This document shows, in pieces, positions 37,975 to 47,687 of a DNA stretch of 64,000 nucleotides. The translations under genes were made by a program, and so were the position numbers. Below the pieces are notes generated by a model. It saw nothing but the letters and a program-made list of their open reading frames with translations, ran no database searches and had not been told where the DNA came from. The first letter of the stretch is position 1. The number at the start of each line of letters is the position of its first letter. The stretch is from positions 203,119-267,118 of the IMG/VR virus record IMGVR_UViG_3300030329_006583. One strand, 5' to 3'.

Positions 37975-38255
37975 TAAGGTTGTTCTATTTTTCTAGAAGC
38001 ACGTAATTGGCGCCGAAGGATTTTTAAAAGGCCATTATAATGTTCACGGGCGTCGGTCCTACCGGGGCAACAATCACGGTGGTGTTTGGCGTCTTCAATC
38101 CGGTGTTCCAAATCCAAGGTACATGCCTTAGTGCCAAAAGACACCATTTTGCCCGACATTGTAAGGTGTTTATCGGGGACCGCTAGTTTGGTAGGGGATT
38201 CCTGAAGAATTTGACGAATCATATGTCGCAATCTGATATTATCCATTATTTCCAT
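37974..38255 (-). CDS. Small tagged protein
   Basis: IRLRHMIRQILQE. Confidence 0.7.
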   Translation of the reverse strand: MEIMDNIRLRHMIRQILQESPTKLAVPDKHLTMSGKMVSFGTKACTLDLEHRIEDAKHHRDCCPGRTDAREHYNGLLKILRRQLRASRKIEQP

Positions 38256-38890
38256 AACTCCCGAATTTTCATACGAACCCCGGATTTATCTGCTGCTTCG
38301 CCCACCACGATGGGCATATCTTCGTCCCCTTCTTCTTCCTTTGTTTTTACAGTGGTTACCTTAATTTCCTCTGTCTCTTCTTCCCTTGAAGGTTTCTCGG
38401 TTGGTTTCATTTCAATGCCGGCCTTCCCGGGATCAAGGGCTAGTGTCCCAGGTTCACCATCTACCATCATATCTGCCAACCCGGCCAGGAAAACATATAG
38501 CGATTGTTTCTCGGCTGTCGTCAATTGCTCGATGTAGGTAGTAAGAGCCTTTTTCACCTTGGCATCCTTAACTGATTTACCTGAGCGCATTAGATTTAAC
38601 ATTTTAAAAATATCGCCGGTTTGAGGATCTGCAATTTTTTCCTGGCCCGGTTTTGCGACGTCTGTAGTGGTGATTGTCTCCTCAGAGGTTTCTTCCTCCG
38701 TTTCTTCTTCAGCTTCATCGACATTTTTTTTCTGCGAATTATCATCTTGCTCGGCTGTTTGCTGTGCCAATTGTTTTTGACGAAGGCGTTCCAATGTGCC
38801 GGTATCTTCCATTGCTGCGTCCACAGCCTCACGTACAATATTACCCAAAAAATGTTCTAGATCTTTCACATTATTAAATACCCTAGACAT
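38246..38890 (-). CDS. Acidic hypothetical protein
   Basis: Start MSRVF; LEHFLGNIVREAV. Confidence 0.7.
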   Translation of the reverse strand: MSRVFNNVKDLEHFLGNIVREAVDAAMEDTGTLERLRQKQLAQQTAEQDDNSQKKNVDEAEEETEEETSEETITTTDVAKPGQEKIADPQTGDIFKMLNLMRSGKSVKDAKVKKALTTYIEQLTTAEKQSLYVFLAGLADMMVDGEPGTLALDPGKAGIEMKPTEKPSREEETEEIKVTTVKTKEEEGDEDMPIVVGEAADKSGVRMKIRELWK

Positions 38891-39069
38891 TATTTGCCCC
38901 CTCGCAACCACTTAATCCTATTCTGCCACCGCTCTGCATAAAGGCGGCGGTACTTTCTTTGCGGGGATTCTGTTGGTTCATTGGGTTGACGTGTATTTTT
39001 ATGACGTGATTCATTCTCTTTTTGAAGAATAGAATCCATAAATTTATCAAACTGAGATTTTTTACTCAC
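38890..39069 (-). CDS. 59-aa hypothetical protein
   Basis: Hand-translated GTG..TAA with GGAG RBS; TAATG overlap with the next gene. Confidence 0.55.
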   Translation of the reverse strand: MSKKSQFDKFMDSILQKENESRHKNTRQPNEPTESPQRKYRRLYAERWQNRIKWLRGGK

Positions 39070-39087
39070 TTGCTTCTCCTATTAATA

Positions 39088-39534
39088 TTACTTATCAATT
39101 TCGTGAGGAATTATCACCGAAACTTCAGCACAATGATTTTCATCATCAAACGATATTGTATAACCTATATCTGTATCCACCTGGCGAGAATCAACAACAT
39201 CATCATAAATGGTTTTGCAAACATACCCAGTTAACTTACCCGCTGATATCATTTTAATTGCCTGATCATCAGAGGCAACAATTGTAATAATTTGTTCTTT
39301 TGAATCCTTAATTAAGCCTTTAAGTGCACCAGCAATGACAACATCCCCAAACGTAAAATGACAGGTAAAATTAGAAACACCCCATACGTCGGGATCTTCC
39401 GCTAAATCAAAATCCACCATTCCTTCAAGGGAATCGCTGATTATTAAATTATCAGGATTTGATAATACCCTATCAAATTCTTGATCAATATTCTGTGTAG
39501 TGTCCTTCGAATTCAAAATTTTGCTCCGTAACAA
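39088..39534 (-). CDS. Hypothetical protein
   Basis: ORF. Confidence 0.6.
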   Translation of the reverse strand: MLRSKILNSKDTTQNIDQEFDRVLSNPDNLIISDSLEGMVDFDLAEDPDVWGVSNFTCHFTFGDVVIAGALKGLIKDSKEQIITIVASDDQAIKMISAGKLTGYVCKTIYDDVVDSRQVDTDIGYTISFDDENHCAEVSVIIPHEIDK

Positions 39535-39910
39535 TATTTTTCTTTATAGCATCAGCAGTTTGTGCATATTCCTTATCCAGCTCAGTAATGTCATCCACCT
39601 CGTGTGTATAAACTTCAATAATTACATCGGGATAATTAATGGTTATTTTTGCATGATGATTAAACTCTTCCTGGAAATCTAGGATATCACCAACAAATAA
39701 AGCCAATTCGCGCTGTGAATCGAAAACATATGTTTTCATTAAACGCCTGGGTGATTCTACTACACGCCAAGTAGCCTTATGTGGAATAACAGGCGATTTG
39801 TGATCCATATTTTTTAACTGGGGTAAAAGATCCACTAAACATGAATCATCGGAACCTTTTTCTTCCACGTCAAAATATTCACACATTAATTTTCGCAAAT
39901 TGGATTCCAT
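39485..39910 (-). CDS. Pterin-4a-carbinolamine dehydratase-like protein
   Basis: W..VESPRRLMKTYVF, NHHAKI, VYTH...ITELD. Confidence 0.8.
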   Translation of the reverse strand: MESNLRKLMCEYFDVEEKGSDDSCLVDLLPQLKNMDHKSPVIPHKATWRVVESPRRLMKTYVFDSQRELALFVGDILDFQEEFNHHAKITINYPDVIIEVYTHEVDDITELDKEYAQTADAIKKNIVTEQNFEFEGHYTEY

Positions 39911-41146
39911 TTATTCTTTCCCAAATTCATCCTGATGGGTTGCGGTTGCCTGTAATGCTTGTGCCAACACCTTCTTTCTTTTACTAGCCCCTGCTTTATT
40001 CCAGGCATCGTAAGCAGTTGAAATTAAATCACCTTCAACCTTTGCTAAATTTGAAAGTTTAGAAAAAGCCTGCAAAGCATTTTTTACAGCTTTTTCAGTT
40101 TGATTAACATCCATTTTTTCTGAAGCTGCATCTTTCATAATCTTATTTTTTAATTTTTCCGGATTTTTTGGTGTATCCCCAAAAACCTGGTGGAGTAGGG
40201 TTTGTTTGCTTCTTTTGGGCAGGCCCAATTTTTCAATTTCACTCTCCACACGTTTGCGTGTCGTTCTCAAAATATTTTGATATGCGGGTAATAAAAATCC
40301 TCCCACCAAAAAAAACCTAAATGAATCCAAAGCCTCAACCTCACCAGGCGCAGCCAAGAGGTCTGCCATATCATTTTTATCAATATACCCCTCGCCTTCT
40401 AGCATTTCAACAAACTCACTAATCGCAGTCTGCTTAATTGCATCCAACTCTGACTCATCAACATTTTCCATGGTAAAATTCAATCGACCAAGGATTCTCT
40501 CCAGGCTTTGTCTAACTCCACTAGCGGCGCTATAACCAAATTTGGTAGCAAGATCCTCTAGGCCCATCCCCTCTATTTGTTCCACCTGATCCAGTGTTAA
40601 GGATTCTTCTTCCTCCTCTTCCGGATCGAAGGTTTGATACCCTTTGCGAAATTCTTCGTATTCATTTTCATCAAAATCAATATCCATTTGTTCCAGAAGA
40701 ATTTTAAGGCTTTTTCTTAATTTCTCAATCTTGTGACTTTCATTGGTTTCCAATTCAACTACCTCTGCGTCGGTGACATCATCTGCAATTTCGGGATTTT
40801 CATGTTTTTCCACCGCGGAATCCAGTAAATCCTGCAAACGATTATAAAAATATTCAACCTGATCATTAGGAACACGCTGCCCGAGAGCGTCTGCAGCCAA
40901 ACCTAATTCAACCGGATTTGCCGGTATATATGTATCATCATCTACAGGTGGGAGATTAGCCGATAATTGTACCGCCATTTGTTCAGAAGGCAACACCGGG
41001 GTTTCGGGCGGTGAAGGTATATCAGCGGGCTCAAATTGTGTACCGGCACGTGAATTATCCACGTCGGTATAAGTGTTATACACGTCTTCAAATAAAACCC
41101 TTTTGAGATAATTCTCCAAAACGGCCTTCGTAATCTTAATACTCAT
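39911..41146 (-). CDS. Tagged acidic helical protein
   Basis: MSIKITKAVLENYLKRVLFE; internal LRKSLKILLEQ. Confidence 0.75.
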   Translation of the reverse strand: MSIKITKAVLENYLKRVLFEDVYNTYTDVDNSRAGTQFEPADIPSPPETPVLPSEQMAVQLSANLPPVDDDTYIPANPVELGLAADALGQRVPNDQVEYFYNRLQDLLDSAVEKHENPEIADDVTDAEVVELETNESHKIEKLRKSLKILLEQMDIDFDENEYEEFRKGYQTFDPEEEEEESLTLDQVEQIEGMGLEDLATKFGYSAASGVRQSLERILGRLNFTMENVDESELDAIKQTAISEFVEMLEGEGYIDKNDMADLLAAPGEVEALDSFRFFLVGGFLLPAYQNILRTTRKRVESEIEKLGLPKRSKQTLLHQVFGDTPKNPEKLKNKIMKDAASEKMDVNQTEKAVKNALQAFSKLSNLAKVEGDLISTAYDAWNKAGASKRKKVLAQALQATATHQDEFGKE

Positions 41147-41154
41147 CTCAACTC

Positions 41155-41637
41155 CTAATCTGCAACCTGCCCCAAGGCATAACCCGTGGCTATGGTCACT
41201 ACTATCCCACCAATCAACCCAACAGAAAACCAAAATTCACCAGATTCATACCATGGTGTAGGTTGAAATTTACTCTCCAAAAAACCAATTTGATCTTCCT
41301 TGATTTCCAGGATTTGATCATGTTTAAACTTTAGGGCATCCAGCTCCGCAATTTTTAGATCTAATTGCAATTTATGCTGAATAGATAATACCTCTAAAGC
41401 CTTATCCTTTTCAATCTTGCACTGTTTGTCTTTGTTTTCTAATTCAACCGCAAGATTGGCGGCTGCCTCAGTACTGAAAAGTGTACCTGCAAATGGGGCT
41501 TTTGCACCCTTTTGAATTGTAATTATTTTTTCACCCGGGGAATCTGCAAAAGCGGAAATGGGATAAATACATACAAAACCAATGAAAAAAAGGTTAGTGA
41601 AAAATGCTATCCATTTTATCATGATTATCTTTAACAT
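41155..41637 (-). CDS. Membrane protein with signal peptide, coiled coil and C-terminal TM
   Basis: SAFA signal end; C-term GLIGGIVVTIATG. Confidence 0.65.
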   Translation of the reverse strand: MLKIIMIKWIAFFTNLFFIGFVCIYPISAFADSPGEKIITIQKGAKAPFAGTLFSTEAAANLAVELENKDKQCKIEKDKALEVLSIQHKLQLDLKIAELDALKFKHDQILEIKEDQIGFLESKFQPTPWYESGEFWFSVGLIGGIVVTIATGYALGQVAD

Positions 41638-42743
41638 TAGTCATTTAACCCTGCCAGCCTGTGCCACCTTTCCAAAACAAGATCGTCGCGATTTTCCCGA
41701 CTTTCCTTTTGGGGATTGCCCAAAGCGTTTCCAATAGACGTCAGCATCGGGATTAACTCGTCGGCATTGCCGTCCACAATATGAACATTGTCATGTGTTA
41801 ATCCACCGCCGGTCCCAATATAGGCGCCTGACCATCGATGGTGACCGTCTAAAATTTCCCCAGCAGAGGTCACGAATGCACCACCCATATCACTCAAATC
41901 AGTATTACCCGTCCCCTGCAGAAATGCAAATAGCAATGACTTGCCAGCAAGAATATTACTTTGGGTAGGAATCATGGCAGAATTTGCAAGGGAACCTCCC
42001 ACTTTAACATCAATATTATCGTCCCCTTGATCACCGTCATATTTTCCTTTTGTCAAAAACGCAAGAGCCTTCCCTACCGGATCTGCACCGCCGCCGGGCA
42101 TTGCATTCATTCCATGCCGAGGATATTTATCTTCTCTTACTAATCCCTCTTCTTTCGGCTCGGGTTGTTTTCCTGCTTCAAATTCCTTCTTTTTTTCATC
42201 AGAAAGGGTATCCAACCAAGCATCCAAACCTTCTTTGTCGGCGGCATAACTTGCCTCAATATCCACGTTGAATTTACCCCCGGGCGTCAATGCATCCTTC
42301 ACCGCAGCGGCATCCTCACCCTCCAGGGCTGGCATATCTTTTTTTGCAGGCGCAGTGTTGGGCAGGGCAGCACCAACTTTTTCTATCCTATTTGTCAATG
42401 ATTCCTTGCCTACTGACTCTGCCCATTTCTTAATGGCATCAGCGCCGCCGGCTTTTGCAATCGCGCCATTAGCCCAACCTGTTGCATTCATCATCGCTTG
42501 AATCAACGGGGCATTCTCGTCTCCCGACACCAATTGTTCATATGCATCTGCACCACCAAGATCGGCAATATTTGTCTTCGTGGTAACATCAATAAATGCG
42601 GCGTCGTCGGTGGTATCCCCTTGTTCAAACAACAAGGTCGCCAGGTTTGGTGAATTGGTAGTTTTTAAATCTTTGGTTTCTTGCAAAATTAAATATCGTA
42701 ATTGAGCCGGTGTTAACTTTTTCATTCTTTTCTTCTGCTCCAC
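41637..42743 (-). CDS. Tagged protein with ParB/Srx-like domain
   Basis: IPTQS...ILDGHHRW; N-term LTPAQLRYLILQE; C-term ERWHRLAGL. Confidence 0.7.
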   Translation of the reverse strand: MEQKKRMKKLTPAQLRYLILQETKDLKTTNSPNLATLLFEQGDTTDDAAFIDVTTKTNIADLGGADAYEQLVSGDENAPLIQAMMNATGWANGAIAKAGGADAIKKWAESVGKESLTNRIEKVGAALPNTAPAKKDMPALEGEDAAAVKDALTPGGKFNVDIEASYAADKEGLDAWLDTLSDEKKKEFEAGKQPEPKEEGLVREDKYPRHGMNAMPGGGADPVGKALAFLTKGKYDGDQGDDNIDVKVGGSLANSAMIPTQSNILAGKSLLFAFLQGTGNTDLSDMGGAFVTSAGEILDGHHRWSGAYIGTGGGLTHDNVHIVDGNADELIPMLTSIGNALGNPQKESRENRDDLVLERWHRLAGLND

Positions 42744-42754
42744 TTTGGGGAAAT

Positions 42755-43165
42755 TTATCCCTCTCCTGTATATATATCAAATCCGGTCAGTTCCGACAAT
42801 TTGTTTGTTATCTCATCTGGGTTGTCTAAATTTTTTTCTATTATTTTTTTGACTTCCTGCTTTTTCTTTTCGGACAATTGTTTTTCCAAATCATCGTATT
42901 TCTTTTCTATCGCTGCGATCGCTTCCTGGTATTTTCTCTCTGCTTCTTCTTTCTTTTGTATCTCCATACGGTGGGCTTCCTCTATTATCCCTATCTCTTT
43001 TTCATAATCTTTTTTAATTCTATCTGTGATTTCGGAATAGTTAAAGTCGCGTCGAGCCACCAACCAAATCATTACAGGTATGGCTATCCCTAGAAATAAT
43101 TTCCAGTTTCTTTTACACCACGCCCAACATTTTTTACCTAATGAACTCAACGCTACCCAGGTCAT
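42755..43165 (-). CDS. N-anchored coiled-coil membrane protein (spanin-like architecture)
   Basis: TM followed by long E/K coiled coil. Confidence 0.5.
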   Translation of the reverse strand: MTWVALSSLGKKCWAWCKRNWKLFLGIAIPVMIWLVARRDFNYSEITDRIKKDYEKEIGIIEEAHRMEIQKKEEAERKYQEAIAAIEKKYDDLEKQLSEKKKQEVKKIIEKNLDNPDEITNKLSELTGFDIYTGEG

Positions 43166-43167
43166 CC

Positions 43168-43353
43168 TTATGCTCCATGTTTCCAGGCCATCACAGCATC
43201 GATGACACTTTGGCCACCAATATATACCACTGCAATCATACCCCATGTCTCAGAATCTAGATTGGAATAAGCCATCAAACCGGTGGCTGTCAGGAAGACC
43301 AAAAGCTTCCTGGAGATTAATTTTGCTAGCACCTTATCTAAAGCTGCCCTCAT
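43168..43353 (-). CDS. Two-TM holin-like protein
   Basis: SRKLLVFL...VYIGGQSVID. Confidence 0.5.
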   Translation of the reverse strand: MRAALDKVLAKLISRKLLVFLTATGLMAYSNLDSETWGMIAVVYIGGQSVIDAVMAWKHGA

Positions 43354-43378
43354 ATCATTACTCCTTTAGTGAAAGCGA

Positions 43379-43624
43379 TTACGCCTTACCGGCTAACCCT
43401 CGGCTAAAAATGCCGTGAAGAACACCCAAAGCAACCAGGCCGACAAGGCCCTCGCTACCGAGCGACTTTGTCAGCGCCACGATGCCACCGACCACGTCTA
43501 CTGGGAAAAATGGAACCGCAGCCCCAAAAAGAATTTGCAAAACCACCGCGAGGGCCAAAAGGCACACGCTAAGTTCCGTAAATGCTTTAACGCCATTTGT
43601 TACTTTTTCTAATGCACTCATCAC
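43379..43624 (-). CDS. Small membrane protein
   Basis: Mostly hydrophobic, 2-3 TM. Confidence 0.65.
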   Translation of the reverse strand: MMSALEKVTNGVKAFTELSVCLLALAVVLQILFGAAVPFFPVDVVGGIVALTKSLGSEGLVGLVALGVLHGIFSRGLAGKA

Positions 43625-43701
43625 TTTTCTCCTATGTTAACCTCCCATAATGGGAAGCGCAACTTACGTTGCAAGCGATGTTTATAATTATTAGGCACAG
43701 A

Positions 43702-43956
43702 TTAGTTTGGCAAGTTCTCATCCGGATCATCGTCACCCCTTATAAAATAGTCGTAAGGATCCGGTTCGGTAAGGCTTTTTAACACCTTATAAATTTCTGA
43801 CATGTCTGTGGTAAGCTCTGCGTTAGTAATTGCAAGATATCCCAAAACTGTATTTACTTCCTCTAATTTCTTTTCCAACAGCTCTACGCGCCTACCTATT
43901 TTGGTATAATCATGACTAACTGATTGCGATAAATGTGTAATTGCCTTTTCCTTCAT
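43702..43956 (-). CDS. Coiled-coil hypothetical protein
   Basis: ORF. Confidence 0.6.
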   Translation of the reverse strand: MKEKAITHLSQSVSHDYTKIGRRVELLEKKLEEVNTVLGYLAITNAELTTDMSEIYKVLKSLTEPDPYDYFIRGDDDPDENLPN

Positions 43957-43998
43957 ATTTCAAATATAACCAATAAAATATTATTTTTTAAGTTTTAA

Positions 43999-44280
43999 TT
44001 ATTCACCTGTTATCGGATTGGAATCCTCAATTACGCGAAATATAGATTCAGCGTCCGTCTGGGAAAATTTACGACCTGCTTTGGTTCTCTTGCGAAGCTG
44101 CATTTCTTCCAATGTTTTTTGCATGTGAGAATCACCCTCCACTATTTGTCGTGCCAATTCCTCAAATATCTCTTGCATCGATAGACCATGCCGAAAAGCA
44201 GTTATCTTGATTTCTGTATGTGTTTCTTTGGTTAGATTTATGTGAAGTGATTTTTTGGTCTCGAAATCACGATATGACAT
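43999..44280 (-). CDS. Ribbon-helix-helix DNA-binding protein
   Basis: KSLHINLTKETHTEIKITAFRHGLSMQEIF. Confidence 0.65.
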   Translation of the reverse strand: MSYRDFETKKSLHINLTKETHTEIKITAFRHGLSMQEIFEELARQIVEGDSHMQKTLEEMQLRKRTKAGRKFSQTDAESIFRVIEDSNPITGE

Positions 44281-44288
44281 TTAGTGTC

Positions 44289-44897
44289 CTATATCCCGCC
44301 TTCAGCTGCGATTGGGCTAGCCCCTACACCCATCGGATCCACTAAATCCTGAGGGATGTCTAGACTAATATCGTACCTGAGATCTAAAATATCCAACATC
44401 GCGGCTGCCTGCTCGGGCCCGTATTTGTCGGTGATATAATCTTCTGCTTTTTTTACAATTAACGCCTTCATATCCAGAAGTGAATCATAATTCTTGGCTA
44501 ACCTTGCTACGTCACCTGCAAATGTTTCCATATCAATTACCGGAATTTCCTCCTGTTCGTAAAGCACACGAACTATTGAGTATTTGTTGGCCTCATTTTG
44601 TGCCTGACCTTTGGCGGCATTGATAGCATCTGTCTCAAAATCCACAAAAAGGGCATTAAGTTCATCATCAACTGATTTACCCAAAGGTTCCACTTCATCC
44701 ACCCCTGGTTCTATTTGGGCCTCTTCCGCCTCAGCTTCAACTTCCGCTTCTGGGCCTTCTTCATCACCAGGTGTTTCTTCCGCATCTTCCTCAGTGGCTT
44801 CTTCAGTATCAGCCATATCGGCTTCTTCTTCTTGTTCCACAAGGAGCCTGAACTCTTCGTTTATTAGCTTTTTTAAATACTTTTTTGTCAATTTCAT
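44289..44897 (-). CDS. Tagged acidic protein
   Basis: MKLTKKYLKKLINEEFRLLVEQ. Confidence 0.75.
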   Translation of the reverse strand: MKLTKKYLKKLINEEFRLLVEQEEEADMADTEEATEEDAEETPGDEEGPEAEVEAEAEEAQIEPGVDEVEPLGKSVDDELNALFVDFETDAINAAKGQAQNEANKYSIVRVLYEQEEIPVIDMETFAGDVARLAKNYDSLLDMKALIVKKAEDYITDKYGPEQAAAMLDILDLRYDISLDIPQDLVDPMGVGASPIAAEGGI

Positions 44898-45592
44898 TTG
44901 ATTGCCTTCCCGATTTTTTCAGCCTTTTTAACCCTTTTCTCAATTACATCCCAATCTAATTCTTTCATCATAGCAAAAACATACGTCTTTCTGTCATTCA
45001 AATAATCACGATAATAAGAATTTTCCGAACAATCTAAAACAACAATTGGAAACGATGCAAAAGGAACATTAATATTATGCAGATCTACACACACATTAAT
45101 ATAACGTTGAAGAAAGGTATTATAGACAGTGACTGCCCACCCATTTCTAGATGACATAGCGCATGCAATAAAATCCTTTTGCCACGCATCAAAAGAACCA
45201 AAATCCCTCTCCAACCTTATAAAAGTAAGAGAATCCATTACTAATTGACTTTTGAGATCACTAATATTTTCAAAAAACAAAGCATTCAAAAATGAAGCAT
45301 TAAGATTGTAGGTTTCATCAATCTTCAAAGAACGAAATTCTGAATTATTGGCATTTGCATCTTCACGATTAACAACATCCAATTCAATACTAATACGATT
45401 AAGGGTATCTATGTATCCTTCAAGCAATTCAAAATGAGCACGTTTATTTTTTTCACTTAAAAATTCTGTAGCTAAATTATATCGTTTGGCTTGGGTAACA
45501 TATGCCTCCTTAATGGTGGCGTGTCCTTCTTTTTCTTCCAACCCCAACGTTTCCCTGATCGTTCTTTTTATTTCATCATCAGATATGCTCAT
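44894..45592 (-). CDS. Fe/Mn superoxide dismutase-fold protein with degenerate metal ligands
   Basis: RDFGSFDAWQKDF, GWA, LDCSENSYY in place of DxWEHAYY. Confidence 0.75.
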   Translation of the reverse strand: MSISDDEIKRTIRETLGLEEKEGHATIKEAYVTQAKRYNLATEFLSEKNKRAHFELLEGYIDTLNRISIELDVVNREDANANNSEFRSLKIDETYNLNASFLNALFFENISDLKSQLVMDSLTFIRLERDFGSFDAWQKDFIACAMSSRNGWAVTVYNTFLQRYINVCVDLHNINVPFASFPIVVLDCSENSYYRDYLNDRKTYVFAMMKELDWDVIEKRVKKAEKIGKAIK

Positions 45593-45593
45593 T

Positions 45594-46019
45594 TTATTTA
45601 ACCTCATATTCTTTTTCAAATTCTTCTTGATCCACCACAAACACCTCTTCATCAGGATCATCGGGTATTAATTCTGTTTGTATTTTATCTAAATTAATTA
45701 ATTCATCTTCACCTAATATTGCCGCAATTTTTTTATCACTGATCAAAGTATCCTCTTGATCGGGTGGGGGATCAAAACGGGGTTCATCAGGCAATCTTAA
45801 AACAATGTCAATTTTACCGGTCTCCGGATCTTCCAAAACATCATCCACAGTGTATTCATATTGAGAATCTTTATGCCTCACCTTTAAATCACGCGTTATA
45901 AGAATATTACCGTCGTCATCTATCACGTCAGATTCCCAAAGGGCTTCGTTTAAACGATCCTCGTAATAATTACGCAATAAATCAATTATAACATTTTCTG
46001 ATAAAATTTTATTTTTCAT
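45594..46019 (-). CDS. Hypothetical protein
   Basis: LLRNYYEDRLNE tag-like N-term. Confidence 0.7.
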   Translation of the reverse strand: MKNKILSENVIIDLLRNYYEDRLNEALWESDVIDDDGNILITRDLKVRHKDSQYEYTVDDVLEDPETGKIDIVLRLPDEPRFDPPPDQEDTLISDKKIAAILGEDELINLDKIQTELIPDDPDEEVFVVDQEEFEKEYEVK

Positions 46020-47130
46020 CCTTTAGTCCCGCCATTTTTAACCAACGACTATGCATGGTGTTATTATTGGAAATTAATGATTCTCTTAACACCCCTTTAA
46101 TCTCTGTGTAAGTATAAAATACCCCTTCAGAAAATACTGGTTTTCCAATAATCTGATTTAGTGCCCCGCCTAGGGCGCGCGTTTGGCTCTTCTTTTTAGA
46201 TTTAGCCTGATCCATTGCACCTTTGATATCTTTAAGGTTTTGACGAGTTAATGATATGCCGTCTCCCCCTGGGGGCGCTTCGGTAGCACCAGGTGAAGTT
46301 TCTGTGGCAATGTCTTTCATTTCATTGTCCAAACCGGCATCAGTAACAATGGCATCAATTGCTTGTACTGGATCGTCGTCGCCAGGCTGCGCGGCGTCAT
46401 CTAAATCTGTGGCTGCACTTTTCAAAAATGAATCTAATTCATCAGGTGTTAAAGTAAGCATTTCCTCCACAAACTGTTGCTGTTGTAATCCAAAACCAAT
46501 ATCACGGGTGGAGCCCAATCCCAGGCTACCTAACATGTTGGAAAAACCTTGTCCCAACCCACCGAAGACCCCTTTCGGTGCTTTCAGTTGTGCAATAATA
46601 GCCTTTTCAAAATCAGTCCTACTAGGGATTCCTGCAATATCTGCCGAGTATAGATCCAATAAGCCACCCAATGTTTTGTCACGATCTTCTTCATTGGTTG
46701 CAATTTTGGCACCAAGATCCCCTAATGCGCCTTGCACAGTTTGAAAGGCATTCGCAATCGAACCCTGTAAAATCTGCACATTTGCAAATAACTTCGAAAG
46801 TTGCTTCATGGGATCACCCAACAGGTTGGAAAGACTTATCCCCGTCTTTAATCGGTTTGCCGCAACTTCTTTTTTGGCGTTATTAAGAGCATCACGAAGA
46901 TTACCCATTTTTTGGGGGACCTTACCTAATATATCATCGAGGCTCTTCGTGGCCTTATCTGCAGCTGCATTCAAATCTGACACCACTGCATCAGCCTGAT
47001 TTGTTTGTTCCCATAACAATCCGGTCAATCGATGATTCTTAAATGATTCTTCAATCAACGCCTCTTGATCTGTTTGGTATTTTTCACATTTTAGCCATGC
47101 GTTTTCAATTAATCTTAAATACATCACCAT
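46009..47130 (-). CDS. Helical protein ending in RWLKMAGL, candidate internal virion protein
   Basis: C-term motif shared with 41637..42743. Confidence 0.7.
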   Translation of the reverse strand: MVMYLRLIENAWLKCEKYQTDQEALIEESFKNHRLTGLLWEQTNQADAVVSDLNAAADKATKSLDDILGKVPQKMGNLRDALNNAKKEVAANRLKTGISLSNLLGDPMKQLSKLFANVQILQGSIANAFQTVQGALGDLGAKIATNEEDRDKTLGGLLDLYSADIAGIPSRTDFEKAIIAQLKAPKGVFGGLGQGFSNMLGSLGLGSTRDIGFGLQQQQFVEEMLTLTPDELDSFLKSAATDLDDAAQPGDDDPVQAIDAIVTDAGLDNEMKDIATETSPGATEAPPGGDGISLTRQNLKDIKGAMDQAKSKKKSQTRALGGALNQIIGKPVFSEGVFYTYTEIKGVLRESLISNNNTMHSRWLKMAGLKDEK

Positions 47131-47162
47131 TCCCTGGGTAGATCACTATAATACATATTACG

Positions 47163-47687
47163 CTAAAGAGGAAGGTGATCGGTCTTTATGCCGGAATTAA
47201 TTAACAACTCCACCCCCGCTGTATCGCGATATTCATTTGCATAATACACCTCATTAATGCCGGCATTTATCATTGCTTTGGCACACATACGACACGGAGA
47301 CAAAGTAACATACATTTTTTTCTTTTTGTGCGTATTATAATCCATTTTTAGTAATGCATTAATTTCGGCATGAATCATTCCGGAATGACCGGGCTCAGTT
47401 GACTCTACCTCGTTTGGCCCGCCGGCATAATTCCCATTATACCCCACCGCTAAAACCTGAGTATTGTCACCGGAAACTACAATGGCACCCACTTGATTTC
47501 TAGGATCGTAAGAACGTCGACTGATGGAATTTGCAAATTCCATCCAAATTTCATCCCACGGAGGCCGGTGTTTAGTGCGCCGAGATGGCATTACTTTTTC
47601 TACCCCTTCCTTTAATTGCGCAGTTACCTCTGCCCTTAATTCCTCCGGAACGTATTGTTCTATTATTTCAAATATCTTTCCCAACAT
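47163..47687 (-). CDS. dCMP deaminase
   Basis: GYNG, HAEINA, TLSPCRMC. Confidence 0.9.
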   Translation of the reverse strand: MLGKIFEIIEQYVPEELRAEVTAQLKEGVEKVMPSRRTKHRPPWDEIWMEFANSISRRSYDPRNQVGAIVVSGDNTQVLAVGYNGNYAGGPNEVESTEPGHSGMIHAEINALLKMDYNTHKKKKMYVTLSPCRMCAKAMINAGINEVYYANEYRDTAGVELLINSGIKTDHLPL

